DNA from: Azolla caroliniana
Lineage: Eukaryota; Plantae; Polypodiophyta
Direction: 5' to 3'
Assembly (NCBI GenBank): GCA_043228905.1
Contig: JBHGNT010000246.1
Location: 1-45,593 of the forward strand
DNA: 45,593 nucleotides
Under the pieces are notes generated by a model. That model ran no database searches and had not been told where the DNA came from. It saw only the letters and a program-made list of their open reading frames with translations. The position numbers and the translations under genes were made by a program. Positions within the stretch are counted from its first letter, which is position 1; each line of letters begins with the position of its first letter. Of the stretch, positions 11,541-24,000 are shown piece after piece.

Positions 11541-14448
11541 ATGTCCTTGATTTCCACCAACATCCCAACAACATCACTTATCCTTACAAAAATATCAACA
11601 GTCATCAATATTATAGCATGTTATTTGTACTAACGATGGTGTCGGTGGCGGGAACAACCAACGAGGCGGTACATAGCACTTGACATCTGCGGCTTCATTC
11701 AACATAATAGGTATAGATGACCAAACTTTACGAATTCTCATTCTTTTCTTATTAGTTGTGTGTCCAGAACCCTTATAACTATCATATTCACCTTTAACTG
11801 TGTGTGCCAATAAGTCCCAAAAAGACTTAACCTGATCCACAATGTGAATGTTTTCATCATTGTATAGCTTGGAGCACCTAGCTTTCCAAAGAACCCATAA
11901 AGCCAAAGAGGAGACAATTTTCCAGACGTGAGTACAAGAGAAAAACTTGATTCCCTGCAAGGAGGTTGAAGTAGAGTATACCTGCAGACTTCTGACATGT
12001 AATGTCAAGGAAGAATAATGATGATGATAGAAAGCCATTTGTTGATCTAACCTTCCCCATAAGACTGCACCCCACGTAAAAATCCTCAACCTATACTTAC
12101 GACCTAGTAGCCTAAGAATTCTAAACCGATTTTTTTTTGCAACAACACATTCCCAAAATACATGATGCAATGACTCACGTACAGAACCACACATAACGCA
12201 TGACTGATCAGCTATAGATCCCCTCATCAAATCATCTACTGGCAACGCATAATGAATCATCAACCAACGAAAGTGTAATATCTTGTTCATACATTTAATT
12301 GACCAAAACTGTTTCCAAAACATCATCATATGAGAAGATGATACATTACCTTCCTCCCAATACTTTTTTCCCGCAGGTACTGACTCAACATAAAGTTTCT
12401 CCCGAACGCCACCGAATATGTGAAGAATGGGAGGACCTTAGTGGAATTATTAGGCATGGACAATTTCCAACCATAATCTACAGGATCCCACTACAGATCA
12501 ACTAGTGGTCTAGAGTATAAAACCCAAATATGAGATGCATAGTTAGCAATTAAGGGACTAGGGTCAATAAACAATTTTTTATCCAATCTAGAAATTACTC
12601 GCATTGGTAACTGCTTCGCAACAGACATAATTGGAGACTCGACATCTACTAATACCAACCTACCCTTATCCAACACTTCATAGAAGTAAAGGTTGCCATT
12701 CTGATTATATAAATGAGCACTTATAAGTATATTAAGTGATGAAAACATACCGTACCAACTTTGAAAATGATCGAGCTGCAAAGTTGGTACTGTGACTTGT
12801 TACACCATGGACAATTGATCTACCGTTATGTTTGCCCGTCTTAAACTAGACAACCTATTCTTTCGGTCTTGAGCCGATGTCTGCAAAAAGTTTATCCAAT
12901 CTACAACTGTACGGGTTGGACCATTGTCCATTGCAGCCCAAGATAACCTAGGCCGTAGACCCAACACACATGCAGCTTCATCCATAAATAAAGGGTTCCA
13001 TATCAAAGGTTGACGCATGAATTGAGTATAAGTTTTCGATGGCAAGAAAACAAGTGCTTGAAGAATACTTTCCCATGCTCGAAATATTCCATTAAAAAAA
13101 CGTAAGGATCTAACATTAGACTTAGGCAATGAAAAAATCTGCAGTGAAAAACCATCTACGACTATCCTTCCATTGACCACCTGTTGATGCCTTGACGTTA
13201 TGTAAATGCCGAATCCATAGCTTTTTCTATAACACCTCTCTTAACAATAAACTCCTAACAACATGTTTAGAAAGTAAGTCTTTCCTTTGTATAAAAGGAT
13301 CAATCAAACCTAGACCTCCTTTCCGCTTAGATTGTATAATAACCGTCCAAGCGACCTTTGCTACCGAATTGTCAGACACGTTGTTCCCCCAAATAAAATT
13401 CCGTGTTAGGCGTTGAACTTTAAGCATTATTGTCCTCGAAAATAGCCATGTAGATGCTATATACCAAATCGAGGACAAAAGCACCGAATTAGCTACAACT
13501 ATACGTCCTACTAAGGATAGCTTTTCCTTATTCCAGTATATTAGCTTATTCCTTAATCTTAATAACAAGGGTGCAACCATATCCTTTGCCTTTAATCCCA
13601 AGCCCACTCTGCAACCTAAATACCTAATGGATTGACCTTGAGGTATCCATGTAAATCCTGAAGAAGGCACATTAACTGGCGGATCTCCCGGAGCAACCCA
13701 AAAATCTGATGACTTATCCCAATTTATCAATGCACCCGATGCATCTGAAAAATCATCCACAACCTTTTGCACTTGTGCCAAATTTAATCTTGAGGCTTGA
13801 ACATATAAAACTGTGTCATCAGCAAACTTGCTATCTACAACAGCATACGACACTAGTAGTGCTAACCCTTTAATATTTACATATTGAGAATTTAGATGTA
13901 TAGAAAATGCTTCAGATACTAATAAAAACAGGAAAGGAGCAAGTGGACATCCCTGTCTTACTGATCTTGAGATCGGGAATCTCCTACCAACATCCCCTGC
14001 AAATAAAAGAGAGTTATACGCATTACGATATAATGTTGATACTCCTAGTATCCATGTGTTTGGGAAACCCATCCTAACCAATGTTCCCTCCATAAAATTC
14101 CAGTCCACTCTGTCATAAGCCTTTTCAAAATCAAGAAATAACACCACTAAGTCTTGCTTATGCAATTCTGCAAAAGCAACCATTTCCCAAAAGAGAATAA
14201 TTTTATAAAAAATACTTCTCTCTTGCATAAAACCAGTTTGAGAATCATGAATCAGCTCCGACAGATAAGGTTGTAGCCGTCTACCTAACGTTTTTGCTAA
14301 TATTTTATAAATAACATTCAACAAGGTAATTGGTCTCCAATGCTGAAGCTCTTCTAATTGTCCACTTGATTTAGGGATCATATAAATTAAACCCTCCTTC
14401 CATTCTTGTGGCATATTTCCTGAATCTAATATCTTTTGGTAGGTTTTG

Positions 14449-15209
14449 TGACAGGAACTGCATGCTCCTTATACGCAACGCTCGGCCACAACTGAGCTTA
14501 GAATCATACACAGAAAACAGGAAATGAAAGCACGACACAATGGAGAGAAGAGTACACAGGATGTTTAACGTGGAAAACCCTGAGAGGGAAAAACCACGGC
14601 AGTCCATTGACTACTAACTATCACTATGTCACAATAATTACAACAGTGACCTCACGGATGCAACGACCTCGCGCTCACGATCTTCGCCACAGGCGGCGGT
14701 TACAACAGAGGCATCGACCTCTTCCTCCCTCTCTCTCTCTGTACACTGTTACGCGCTCTCAAGTCTTACACCAACAAGAGTGACAACACCGCTATCTAAT
14801 AAGTTTGCCCTAAGTCATATTTATACTAATATGACTTTTCGGCTATTTACAAATATAGCCCAGATGGACTCTCAGAAGACATATTTACGAATATGTCCCT
14901 TCATCCAGTGAGCACTCCTCACCGGGCCTGCATCATCCGGATATTGTCGTGCACTCGTCATCCGGTTCTCACCGGGTCTTCTGTAGCTGGGTACTCTTCA
15001 TCCGGTTCTCACCGGGTCTTCCGTAGCCGGGTACTCTTCATCCGGTTCTCACCGGGTCTTCTGTAGCCGGGTACTCTTCATCCGGTTCTCACCGGGTCTG
15101 CACCATCCGGCTCATGCCGGGTACTCCACATCCGGTTTCGGCCTCGGCCGAGTTTGCTCGTCAGTACTGTTCTTCTCACTTCCCATCCGGAGGGACCTGT
15201 TTCCTAACA
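14449..15209 (-). mobile_element. Solo LTR of a Tork/Tnt1-like copia inserted in LINE-A ORF2
   Basis: Termini TGACAGGAA...TTCCTAACA. 5-bp TSD TTTTG (14444-14448) / CTTTG (15210-15214). Removing it restores ORF2 as WDLIGDGLTK-x-YQKILDSGNMPQEW. Shares CGTGGAAAACCC...AAAACCACG and the TATA region with the other copia LTRs here. Confidence 0.88.
14959..15099. repeat. 40-bp tandem repeat (3.5 copies) in the U3 region of the solo LTR
   Basis: CATCCGGTTCTCACCGGGTCTTCTGTAGCCGGGTACTCTT at 14959, 14999, 15039, with a partial copy at 15079. Confidence 0.93.
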
Positions 15210-16728
15210 CTTTGGTCAATCCATCACCTATCAAATCCCAATATTGGATATACTATTGAACTCCCAACCCATCCAAGCTAGGACAAACATCTTTAGCAAG
15301 GGTTTTAGCAGCTTTAAGAACCTCTTGAGAATTTAGCGGTTGTAAAAGACAATCTATCAGTTGTACAGATACCCTATTATGAATCTTTGACCATATGATG
15401 TCCCTTTTAATCAAATCATCCGCAGAAAAAGATCTAGCTTTCAACAAAGTCTCATAATAATCTGAGGCTATTTGCCTGATCTGACTACAATCAGTGGTAT
15501 AAGAGCCATCTTTACATTTTAACCGAGAAATCCAGTAACAGTTGTCTTATGATGATTATGCACTGCAAAAAACAATTTATTTACTTTATCTCCCGACTCT
15601 GCCCATGTAGATGATATATTATGATAATTAAAATCCGCTGAAATCTTCTGTAATTCCAATATTTGGTTCCCTACTTGTATCAGTTGGGAATTTATATACC
15701 TCGAATATGGTCTTCTCTCTTGCAGATGTTGCAAGGATTTCAACCCCCTACGAAGTCTTCCTATTTTAGTACAAGACTCATAAAATACTTGTTTAGCTTT
15801 ACAGTGAAAAAATTGGTGTGTTTCACTAATAGCCTTTTGAACACTAGATAATGCATAATCATGTGAATAGTCATATTTATTCCAAATATTATGCACACTA
15901 GGAACACAATCTTGGCTAAGAAACACGTGAATTGGAATTCTAAACCTAGAATTTCTATGTTGCTCCTGCAAGACTATAACTAAACGAAGTGGTGCATGAT
16001 CAGAAAAGGAAAGTGAAGGTAAAATTCCAATTGAACCTCCTTTATCCCACAAAAATTTATCCGCATAAAATCTATCTAACCTAGACAAATTGGTATGTGA
16101 TTGTTTTCTATCCGAACGTGAATAAGCTAAGGAATCTTGCATGTGTTGAAAGGAAGACACATGCCACAAGTCCATTAAACCTAAAGAGAAGATCAAACGT
16201 TCCCATTCATATAATTTTGAACCAAATAATGGTTGAAATGTGCCTCCTAACCTATCACACCCATCCTCCAACATATTAAAGTCACCCGCAATTGCCCAAT
16301 GTTCAACAGCTGGTAACTGTGGCATTATGCTCTTCCATAATGTCATTCTATCTCTTGCATGATTTGGTGCATAAATATTCAACAAACCCCACTTCTTTGA
16401 ACCAATTTGAAGAATTATATAATGTCCTCTAGCACAAGCCAAAACTCCGTAATGTGAGAAATCAGACCACCAAATATCGCTTATTGCTATGCGAAGACCT
16501 GATTTCAAACTATTATCCCTAGTTGCAAGCACCCAGAATTGTTTCCACTGGCCTGGTAACAAATTTCCATAATTTTGAATTATTTGTTCATTTAAATGAT
16601 GTTCTTGAATAAGAAGAACATCAATCCTACCTATCAAAGATTTCCTTAGCTGACGACGAAAAACACTCCTTACCTTACAACAATGTCTACCTCCTAAGCC
16701 CCTTACATTCCATGAAATAAGATTTAAC

Positions 16729-18235
16729 CTATCCATAATTCATGTTTTGCCCTCCTACTCTCCTTTCGGCTAGTGCACCTTCTCTACCTTTCTTTCCATC
16801 CTCCGCGACCCTTAATTGTCTCCTATTTGACCAAATGTCTTTTCCGGAAAATTTATGGGCACGCACTGGCAAATGTTTATCTGTTATAGAAACCCTATCG
16901 GAAGACTTAGCAGCTGTAAAAGCCGCTATATTGCCACAATCCATATTCGTATGTGATATGTCTACCTTGACCACTTCCTTTGTTGTAAGCTCATTCAATA
17001 CTATGGACCTATTATCTTGTTGTACTTTATGTAAAACCAATTGTTTGTCTTTACTCAATTGATTATTAACCTTAGAAAAAGATTCTACCGTTTGCACCTT
17101 AAAAGGTATGTTATTTGTATTATGTTCCAGCTGATGCTCCATTGTGCCAACTGGGAGGGACAAACCACCATCCACTTTGCTACTCCCTACTTCCTTTTCA
17201 AGTGTCTATAAAGATTGATAAGGATTAGCCTCAAGTAGTAACAGTGGATTAACTATCTTATTAGTCGGTTTAAAAACATGTTTAGTAGACATTGTAGACC
17301 AACCATCTTTAATAACATCTTGTCGAGTAGTTGGATGGGCATTAACATTGACATTCGAGCATCTCTTTTGACAATCTCGACCTAAATGCCCAAACTGTCG
17401 ACACACAAAACATTGATCAGGCAAACATTGATAATATACATTTTGTACAACCGGTGGTTTATTTATAACTTATAAATAGATTAGGTAAAGAGATAGTTGT
17501 CAGCAAACGGATAGATCTTGGTGCGATTAGCCGAACTGCAAGGGCCCCACCCGCTCTGTCTATTCCATAATCATGTCTGTTACACGTAGCAATAACCTTA
17601 CCGAACAAAGCCCCAATACAAGGAAGAACATTCCTCCATTCTTTCCTCAATCAAGGAAATATTGCCGTAAAAACCATACTAGATTCTTGATCCTACAATA
17701 TCTCATCTACCTTAATATTATGCGACCATTTATGAAAAGATAACCACGCACCTTCCACTCGCGCTTCCTTAATTGCCAATAGCTTTGCGACGGAATCCTC
17801 ATCGACAAACTCCACATGGTAACATCCTCGAGACATGAATTGAATGTCGACAATGTTATCCGTTTCCTCCGAAAAAGAAAACAATCTCGCACTCTGTACC
17901 TGCACTACCAAAGAAAACACCTGTAAACGTTGTACCTCTCCCAAAACTGTGATTTTATCCTCCTCCGACAACACAAGGTCGACTTGCTCATCACATAGAT
18001 GAGGCGAAAGTTGGGGGGGGGGGGGGGGGGGGTGTACATTGGACTCCCCTGTACACAGATACGGTCCAGCCACAGATGGAACGTGTGTCTGATCCACTGT
18101 CGACCTCATGCTCGTGGTGGAACTAGCTCGCACTGTTGCGGCACTGTTTGCGCCACTAGCGACCTGCTCGTTTTTTGCCTGTTGCATCGTTCGTGACCTG
18201 TTGCTTGTTCGCGACCTGCTTGTTTTCCTGCTCAT
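16729..18235 (-). pseudogene. LINE-A ORF1 (DUF4283-like region plus CCHC zinc knuckle); disrupted
   Basis: Fragments 18235-17693, 17650-17459, 17424-17206 (CFVCRQFGHLGRDC) and 17175-16729. ATG is 12 nt from the element 5' end. The stop overlaps the ORF2 ATG (ATGGATAG). Confidence 0.88.
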
Positions 18236-19103
18236 TGTTTTTGCTCCAAGAACCTGTAATAGTTTCCCACAACCATTATTTTGTAGACGTAAGCTTGAAG
18301 TGGAAAACTATGATATTGTGAAATGGAAAAATTTAGAGTATGTCAACTATGGAAAATATATTTAAATAACAACTTAGTACTATTAGTCTACTCTCCCATG
18401 TGCATTAGTACTATTAATCCATTCACCTATGTTTAGCATTTCTCATTGACCAACATTTTTAGGTACTTCTCATTGACCAACACCAAGGTGCAATGGAACT
18501 ACTCTAGGTCTGGACATGGAAAGGGAGAGCATGATGGCGCAGGGGTCATGATAAAGAGAGCTCTTACAAGCAAGCAATTGGATAGTAAAGGTGCACATGA
18601 TGTTGCAGAATGACTAACATGGAAGATGGCAGATGATGGTAAGAATAAATTGTTTATTGAGGGTCTTGTTAATGAGGTGGACAAAAGTAAAGCATATCGT
18701 TGCAAAACCGAAAGGGACATGCAAAGACCCATTGTGTTTTAGGGTTTAGTCACAAGGACACAACATAACGATTATTCCGTAATTTATCATGCTTTTGTAA
18801 CATGTGTATAGGTGAAGCTTGGGATGAATGCATCGATCTATCAATCGTGGGGTCATGGAAGTTGCAAAAACTTGAGATTGATCGAAAAGATGATATTCAC
18901 AATAATGAACATCTGGACATTATTGTGTATTACGAGTCACGACCAATGTGAGGACTTGGCACTTTTATTGGAAGTTGGACATCATTTTTCAATGCTCAAA
19001 TCCCCTACAAATGAAGACTTTGAAGATTAGTACATTGTGGTATGCAAGCAAGCAAACACAATATTAAAAGAACTAGTGAGGGATGTTTGGGGTATTAGAG
19101 TAG

Positions 19104-19842
19104 TGTTAGGAATATGTCCCTCCTGTGGGAGGAGTTGACTGTTCGGCTGAGTAAGAGCCGACAATCGAAGACAAGGAGTAGTGGACTAGTCGGGTTGAGA
19201 GCCAACAGTCGATGACAAAGAGGAGTCCACTAGTCGGGTTGAGAGTCGACAATCGAAGACATGGAGCGTCGACATAGTGAGTCGACAATGTTGCATATGT
19301 GATCCAAGTCGAAGACACAACCGACTTGTTGGGCCGATCGGATAGTCAACGACAAGGCCGACTAGTCATGCCGACTGGACAGTCGACACTGGAGTCGGTT
19401 GATAAACTGCCACTGTAATAATAGGCATGATAGTAGCAGAGGCTACATTTGTAAATAGCCCATGTTGTGTATAAGTATAAATACACTTATGGCAAACAAG
19501 TGTAGTTTAGAACAGAAAGAGTAGAATAGTATAGTAGTTCCTAAAGCTGTGAGTTACAGAGTGAAGAGAGAGTGTATGGCAGAGAGAGCGCCACCATAGT
19601 TGTGTGAGCTTAGACATCAAGAGCCCTGCATGGATGATACATTCTGTGCAGAGAGAGTGTTATATATTGTCTCCTTTGTATTCTCCATTGTATAGTGGAT
19701 CTTTGTTCCCCGTGGTTTTTCCCCGTTTAGGGTTTCCACGTAAAATTGTGTATCTTGTTCATTTTGCTATTTTTCTATTTCCATGTTATTGTGTATTTCA
19801 CAATTGGTCTTCCTCACGAATTCTAGGGATCGAACCCCATCA
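19104..19842 (+). mobile_element. Solo LTR, Tork-like copia family
   Basis: TGTTAGG...CCCCATCA flanked by a perfect TSD AGTAG (19099-19103, 19843-19847). TATA region at ~19470 and CGTGGTTTTTCCCC..GGGTTTCCACG at 19711-19740. Reverse-complement relative of the LTRs at 20448 and 25165. Confidence 0.92.
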
Positions 19843-19954
19843 AGTAGCTCATTTGGGATTCAATTGTTTATGGCAACTATTATGCAAAGTTCCCACAAAT
19901 TGTACAAATAACTTTGTGGAATCCTACATTGTCTTATCGTCATAGGTATCTTTG

Positions 19955-20325
19955 GTAATATTAATGAATATATCCTCTTTGTAATATTGTATGCAAAGTG
20001 TATCTGATAATATTGTGTGCAAAATGTATATGGCAATATTGTGCAAAGTGTCTTTGGTAAATTTAAGTGCTATGTGTATTTCTAATATTGAGTGCAAAGA
20101 GATGATGGTAATATTGAGTGCAAATTGATGGTGATAATATTGAGTGTTAAGTGTATTTCAAATCTTCATGCAAACCCTATTCCTAATCTTGAGTACTTGA
20201 AGAAAATGGTAGTAGTGAGTGCAAAGTGTATTTCTAATCTTGAGTGCTTGAAGATGATCGTAATATTGAGTGCAAAGCGCATTATAACTATACATTGTGT
20301 GCAAAATGTATATGGTAATCATGGG
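19955..20325. repeat. Degenerate ~26-bp minisatellite (TAATATTGAGTGCAAAGTGTAT...)
   Basis: About 13-14 variably conserved copies. Confidence 0.8.
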
Positions 20326-20447
20326 TTATGTTTAGTATTTCTCATCACATATAAGAGACGAAGTGTACAAGACTCATCACATATTTTGTCATCAAGCATA
20401 AGAAACTTAACATAGTTTGGTCATTGAGAGGATCAACATGAACATCT

Positions 20448-21055
20448 TGTTGAGAAATCGTTCGGTCAAATCACAATAAACGAACTGTGCTGAAATACGA
20501 ATCACAAATATGCCAGAAAAAACAAGACAACAATGGTGCACAGAGATTTAACCTGGAAACCCTAAAACGGGAGAAAACCACGTAGAACAAAACTTCACTA
20601 TACAATGGATATACAACAGAGGGTATGTTACAACACTCTTTCGAGTGTATCAGCCACACAGGGCTCTTGGCGCCTGCTGTTACGCACACAACTATGGTGC
20701 CACACTCTCTCTTTGTCTCTCTGCTCACTCCTCACACTCTTCTTCTAGCGCTACCTCACTCTGTCTCTTCTATTCTAACTCTCGCGTTTTGCCCTAAGTG
20801 TATTTATACTTATACATTGTATGGGCTATTTACAAATGTAGCCTCTGTTATGTATCATTATTATTATTACTATAATAATAATAGTTGAACTATCAAACAA
20901 TCGACTCATTGTTTTCGACTCTTCGACTATCGGCTTTCCGAACAGTCGGATCTTCCCTGTCTTCGACTGTCGGCACTCCTTGGTTCGATCAGTCGACTGT
21001 CAGCAACTTCTGGACAGTCGGTTCCTTCTCCCATTGGAGGCACATATTCCCAAAA
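20448..21055 (-). repeat. 3' LTR of the copia element
   Basis: TGTTGAG...CCCAAAA (terminal base mutated). Adjacent to the PPT, which reads GGAGTGAAGGGGGAG on minus. Confidence 0.93.
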
Positions 21056-21092
21056 AACTCCCCCTTCACTCCTATGGGAGGAAGTCAGTCAG

Positions 21093-24000
21093 TCATGTCT
21101 TCTGTCGACAGACTCTGAGTCTATCCATAGGTAGGTTCTTTGTCAGCATATCGGATCCATTGTCGTCAGTATGGATCTTCACCAAGGAAAACTCTCCTTC
21201 TTCGATTCTCTCCCGCAACCAATGATACCTTCTCTGTATATGCTTGGTCCGGGAGTGGTATGCAACATTCTTGGCAAGATGTATGGCACTCTGGCTATCA
21301 CAGTGAAGCAAGAGCTCCTTTTGCTTCATCCCTAATTCGGTGAGAAAACTTCTCATCCAGATCATCTTTTTGCCGGCCTCTACCGTTGCCATATACTCTA
21401 CCTCTGTAGTCGACAAGGCTACAGACTTCTACAGTCGTGACTGCCATGACACTACTCCCCCTGCATAGGTAATCACGTACCCTGACGTGGATCGGCTCGA
21501 GTCGACATCTCCCGACATGTCCGAATCGGTAAAACCTTCTAGCAGAGGTTTTCCAACACCATACCTTAGGCACACCCCCGAGGTGCCCTTTAAGTACCCG
21601 AGTATCCACTTCACTACTGCCCAGTGTTCTCTCCCTAGATTACTCATATATCGGCTTACTGATCCTACAACAAATGTTATGTCTAGTCTCGTACAGACCA
21701 TAGCATACATTAGACTGTCGACGGCCGAGGCATACGATACCTTCCTCATCTCGGCCTTCTCCTTCTCCCCTTTCAGGCACTGCTTCGCATTCAATCTGCA
21801 ATTTGTCGGCAACACTGAGCCGACCGGCTTTGCATCTGACATGTTAAATCTCTCTAGTATCTTTGTCACATACTTCTACTATGACAACCATAGCACCTTT
21901 TGAGTTCTGTCTCGAACTATGTGCATTCCTAAGATTTGTTTAGCCAGTCCAAGGTCTTTCATGGCAAATGATTTGCCGAGAGCTTTCTTCAAGCTTCCAA
22001 TCTTCCTTGTATCTTGACCGACTATCAACATGTCATCAACATATAGCAAGAGAATCAAGAATTTTCCTTCTTCATACCTTTTGACAAACACACAGTGATC
22101 AGCCTGTGTTTTCTAGAACTGGTGTTCCATCATGAAGGACTCGAACTTCTTGTACCATTGACGTGGAGCTTGTTTCAGACCGTACAAGCTTTTCTTCAGT
22201 TGACACACCAGATTCTCTTTCCCTTTCTCCTCAAAGCCTTTGGGTTACTGCATATAGATTTCTTCTTCTAGCTCTCCGTGCAGAAACGCGGTTTTGACAT
22301 CCAACTGTTCGATCTACAAATCCATACTGGCCGCTATGCTCAGAACAGTTTGGATGGATGTCATCTTAACGACTGGAGCGAATATTTCGTTAAAGTTGAT
22401 GCCCTTCTTCTGTTGGAAACCCTTCACCACTATACGAGCTTTATACCTGGGCTCACTATCGGCTTCTCCAGTCTTCACCTTGTAGACCCACTTATCCCTG
22501 AGTGCTCTCTTACCTTTCGGTAGCCCTACCAGGTTGTAGGTGTAATTCTCGTGCAAGGATTCCAACTCATCTTGCATCACGCTCAGCCATTTCGCTCTAC
22601 GCTCATCGGCAATGGTTTCTTCATAGCACTCCGGTTCACCTTCATCAGTCAAGAGGATGTATTGACTGGCATATGTAATCGGTGATTTCCTCTCCCTGAG
22701 TGGGTATCTTCTTCCACTCGTTGTTGGCTCTCTTTCGGATTTCCCTGCCAACTCTTCTCTCTGCTCGAGATTCGGCTCGTCAATCGGCCTCTCTTGGTTG
22801 GGTAATTCCAACTCATATTCATCAATTGACCTTAACAGCTCTGCTGACTCAGACTCATAGTCAGTCGGTCTCTCTGAGTTGACCGACTCGGATTCGGCTC
22901 TGTCGGCTAGCTGTCTCCTTATAGGTGTGGGTGACAACTCACTTGGCCTTAAGTCGATGGTAGTCGGGGTTGACTGGGGAGTCGATTCCGACTTCTGTTG
23001 CTTCCAGTCTTCAATCGTCTTGTCTTCTAGAAAGACTACATCCCGACTTCTCACTACCTTCTTGTCGACTAGGTCCCATAGCCTGTAGCCAAACTCATCT
23101 TCCAAGTATCCCATGAATATGCATGCTTTCGACTTGTTGTCGAGCTTTGATATCTGATCTTTCCGTACATGCATGTACGCTAGACATCCGAACACCCTTA
23201 GATGCTGGTAGGAGACATCCTTCCCCGTCCACACTCTCTGTGGGACATCACCCTTTAATGGTACTGAGGGAGACCTGTTGATAAGATAAACAGTTGTGTA
23301 CATCGCCTCAACCCAATAGGATTTTGGCAGTTTCGCATGCATGCTCCTTACTCTCTTCATGATCGTTCGATTCATCCTCTCTGCAAGCCCGTTCAACTAT
23401 GGGGTCTTTGGCACTGTGTATTCGATCTGAATACCTTGGCTCTTGTAGTATTCCTCGAATTGCCCTTTGTACTTGCCACCGTTGTCGGTTCAGACAGCCT
23501 TCAACTTCTGACATGACTCTCTTTCGGCTCTTGCCTTGAACTCCTTGAAACTGACAATACTTGATCCTTCGACTTCAATACGAAGGCCCATGTCTTCCAA
23601 CTATAGTCGTCAATGAACGTCACAAAGTATTGTCCACCTCGATGCAATGGAGCATCCACATAGCGCATGTCCGTGTGTACTAGTTCCAATGCAGCCTCTC
23701 TTCTTCTCGGTGGTCTTGTGTGGAATGCAACTCTGTTCTGCTATCCGGCCAAGCAGTCGACGCACTTCTCTAGATGCACGCCCTTGACTTCTGGTAGAAG
23801 TTTCTGGTCGGCTAACAGGTGCATTCCCTTCTCACTTATGTGGCCTAGCCTCTTATGCCATATCTCACCTGCAGAGTCGGCTGCCACATTTACTTCCGAT
23901 TTGCACAATCGGGCATGCATCATGGACAATGTGCCTTCTTTCTATGCTCGGGCCACTATAAGATTTCCTCGACAGAACTTCAACTTGCCATTTCGAAAGC

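Larger units (their letters stand above)
11595..16736 (-). pseudogene. LINE-A ORF2: APE endonuclease, reverse transcriptase and zf-RVT; disrupted
   Basis: ISWNVRGLG, LLIQEHHL, NIYAPN, AGDFN, SRLDRFY, SDHAP (endonuclease); WRPITLLN, LDFEKAYDRV, VRQGCPLAP, FADD, YLG (RT); CVMCGSVRESLHHVFWEC (zinc finger). Several stops and frameshifts plus the LTR insertion. Confidence 0.95.
9762..18247 (-). mobile_element. Full-length L1-clade LINE (LINE-A), decayed, with a nested solo LTR and a long 3' extension
   Basis: Perfect 18-bp TSD AAGAACCTGTAATAGTTT at 9744-9761 and 18248-18265. T9 at 9763-9771 is the poly(A) tail on the minus strand. ORF1 and ORF2 remnants are in L1 order. Confidence 0.93.

Noticed and set aside
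10243-11683. Plus-strand ORFs 10243-10638, 11364-11633 and 11426-11683 as host genes
   Set aside because: Antisense to the LINE-A extension, derived from the repeat array, and without a recognisable domain.
14437-14448. Alternative solo-LTR start at TGGTAGG (14437)
   Set aside because: Those bases are needed to encode the YQK of LINE-A ORF2; a start at 14449 gives a 5-bp TSD and restores the frame.
14959-15099. 40-bp repeats as a CRISPR or iteron array
   Set aside because: Head-to-tail copies with no spacers, located inside a solo LTR.
18490-19030. Possible degenerate gag or zinc-knuckle relic
   Set aside because: Motifs are too eroded to support a call.
19955-20325. CRISPR-like core-plus-variable array
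   Set aside because: The period is only ~26 bp, the cores are degenerate, the tails resemble each other, no cas genes are present and the context is eukaryotic. It is a minisatellite.
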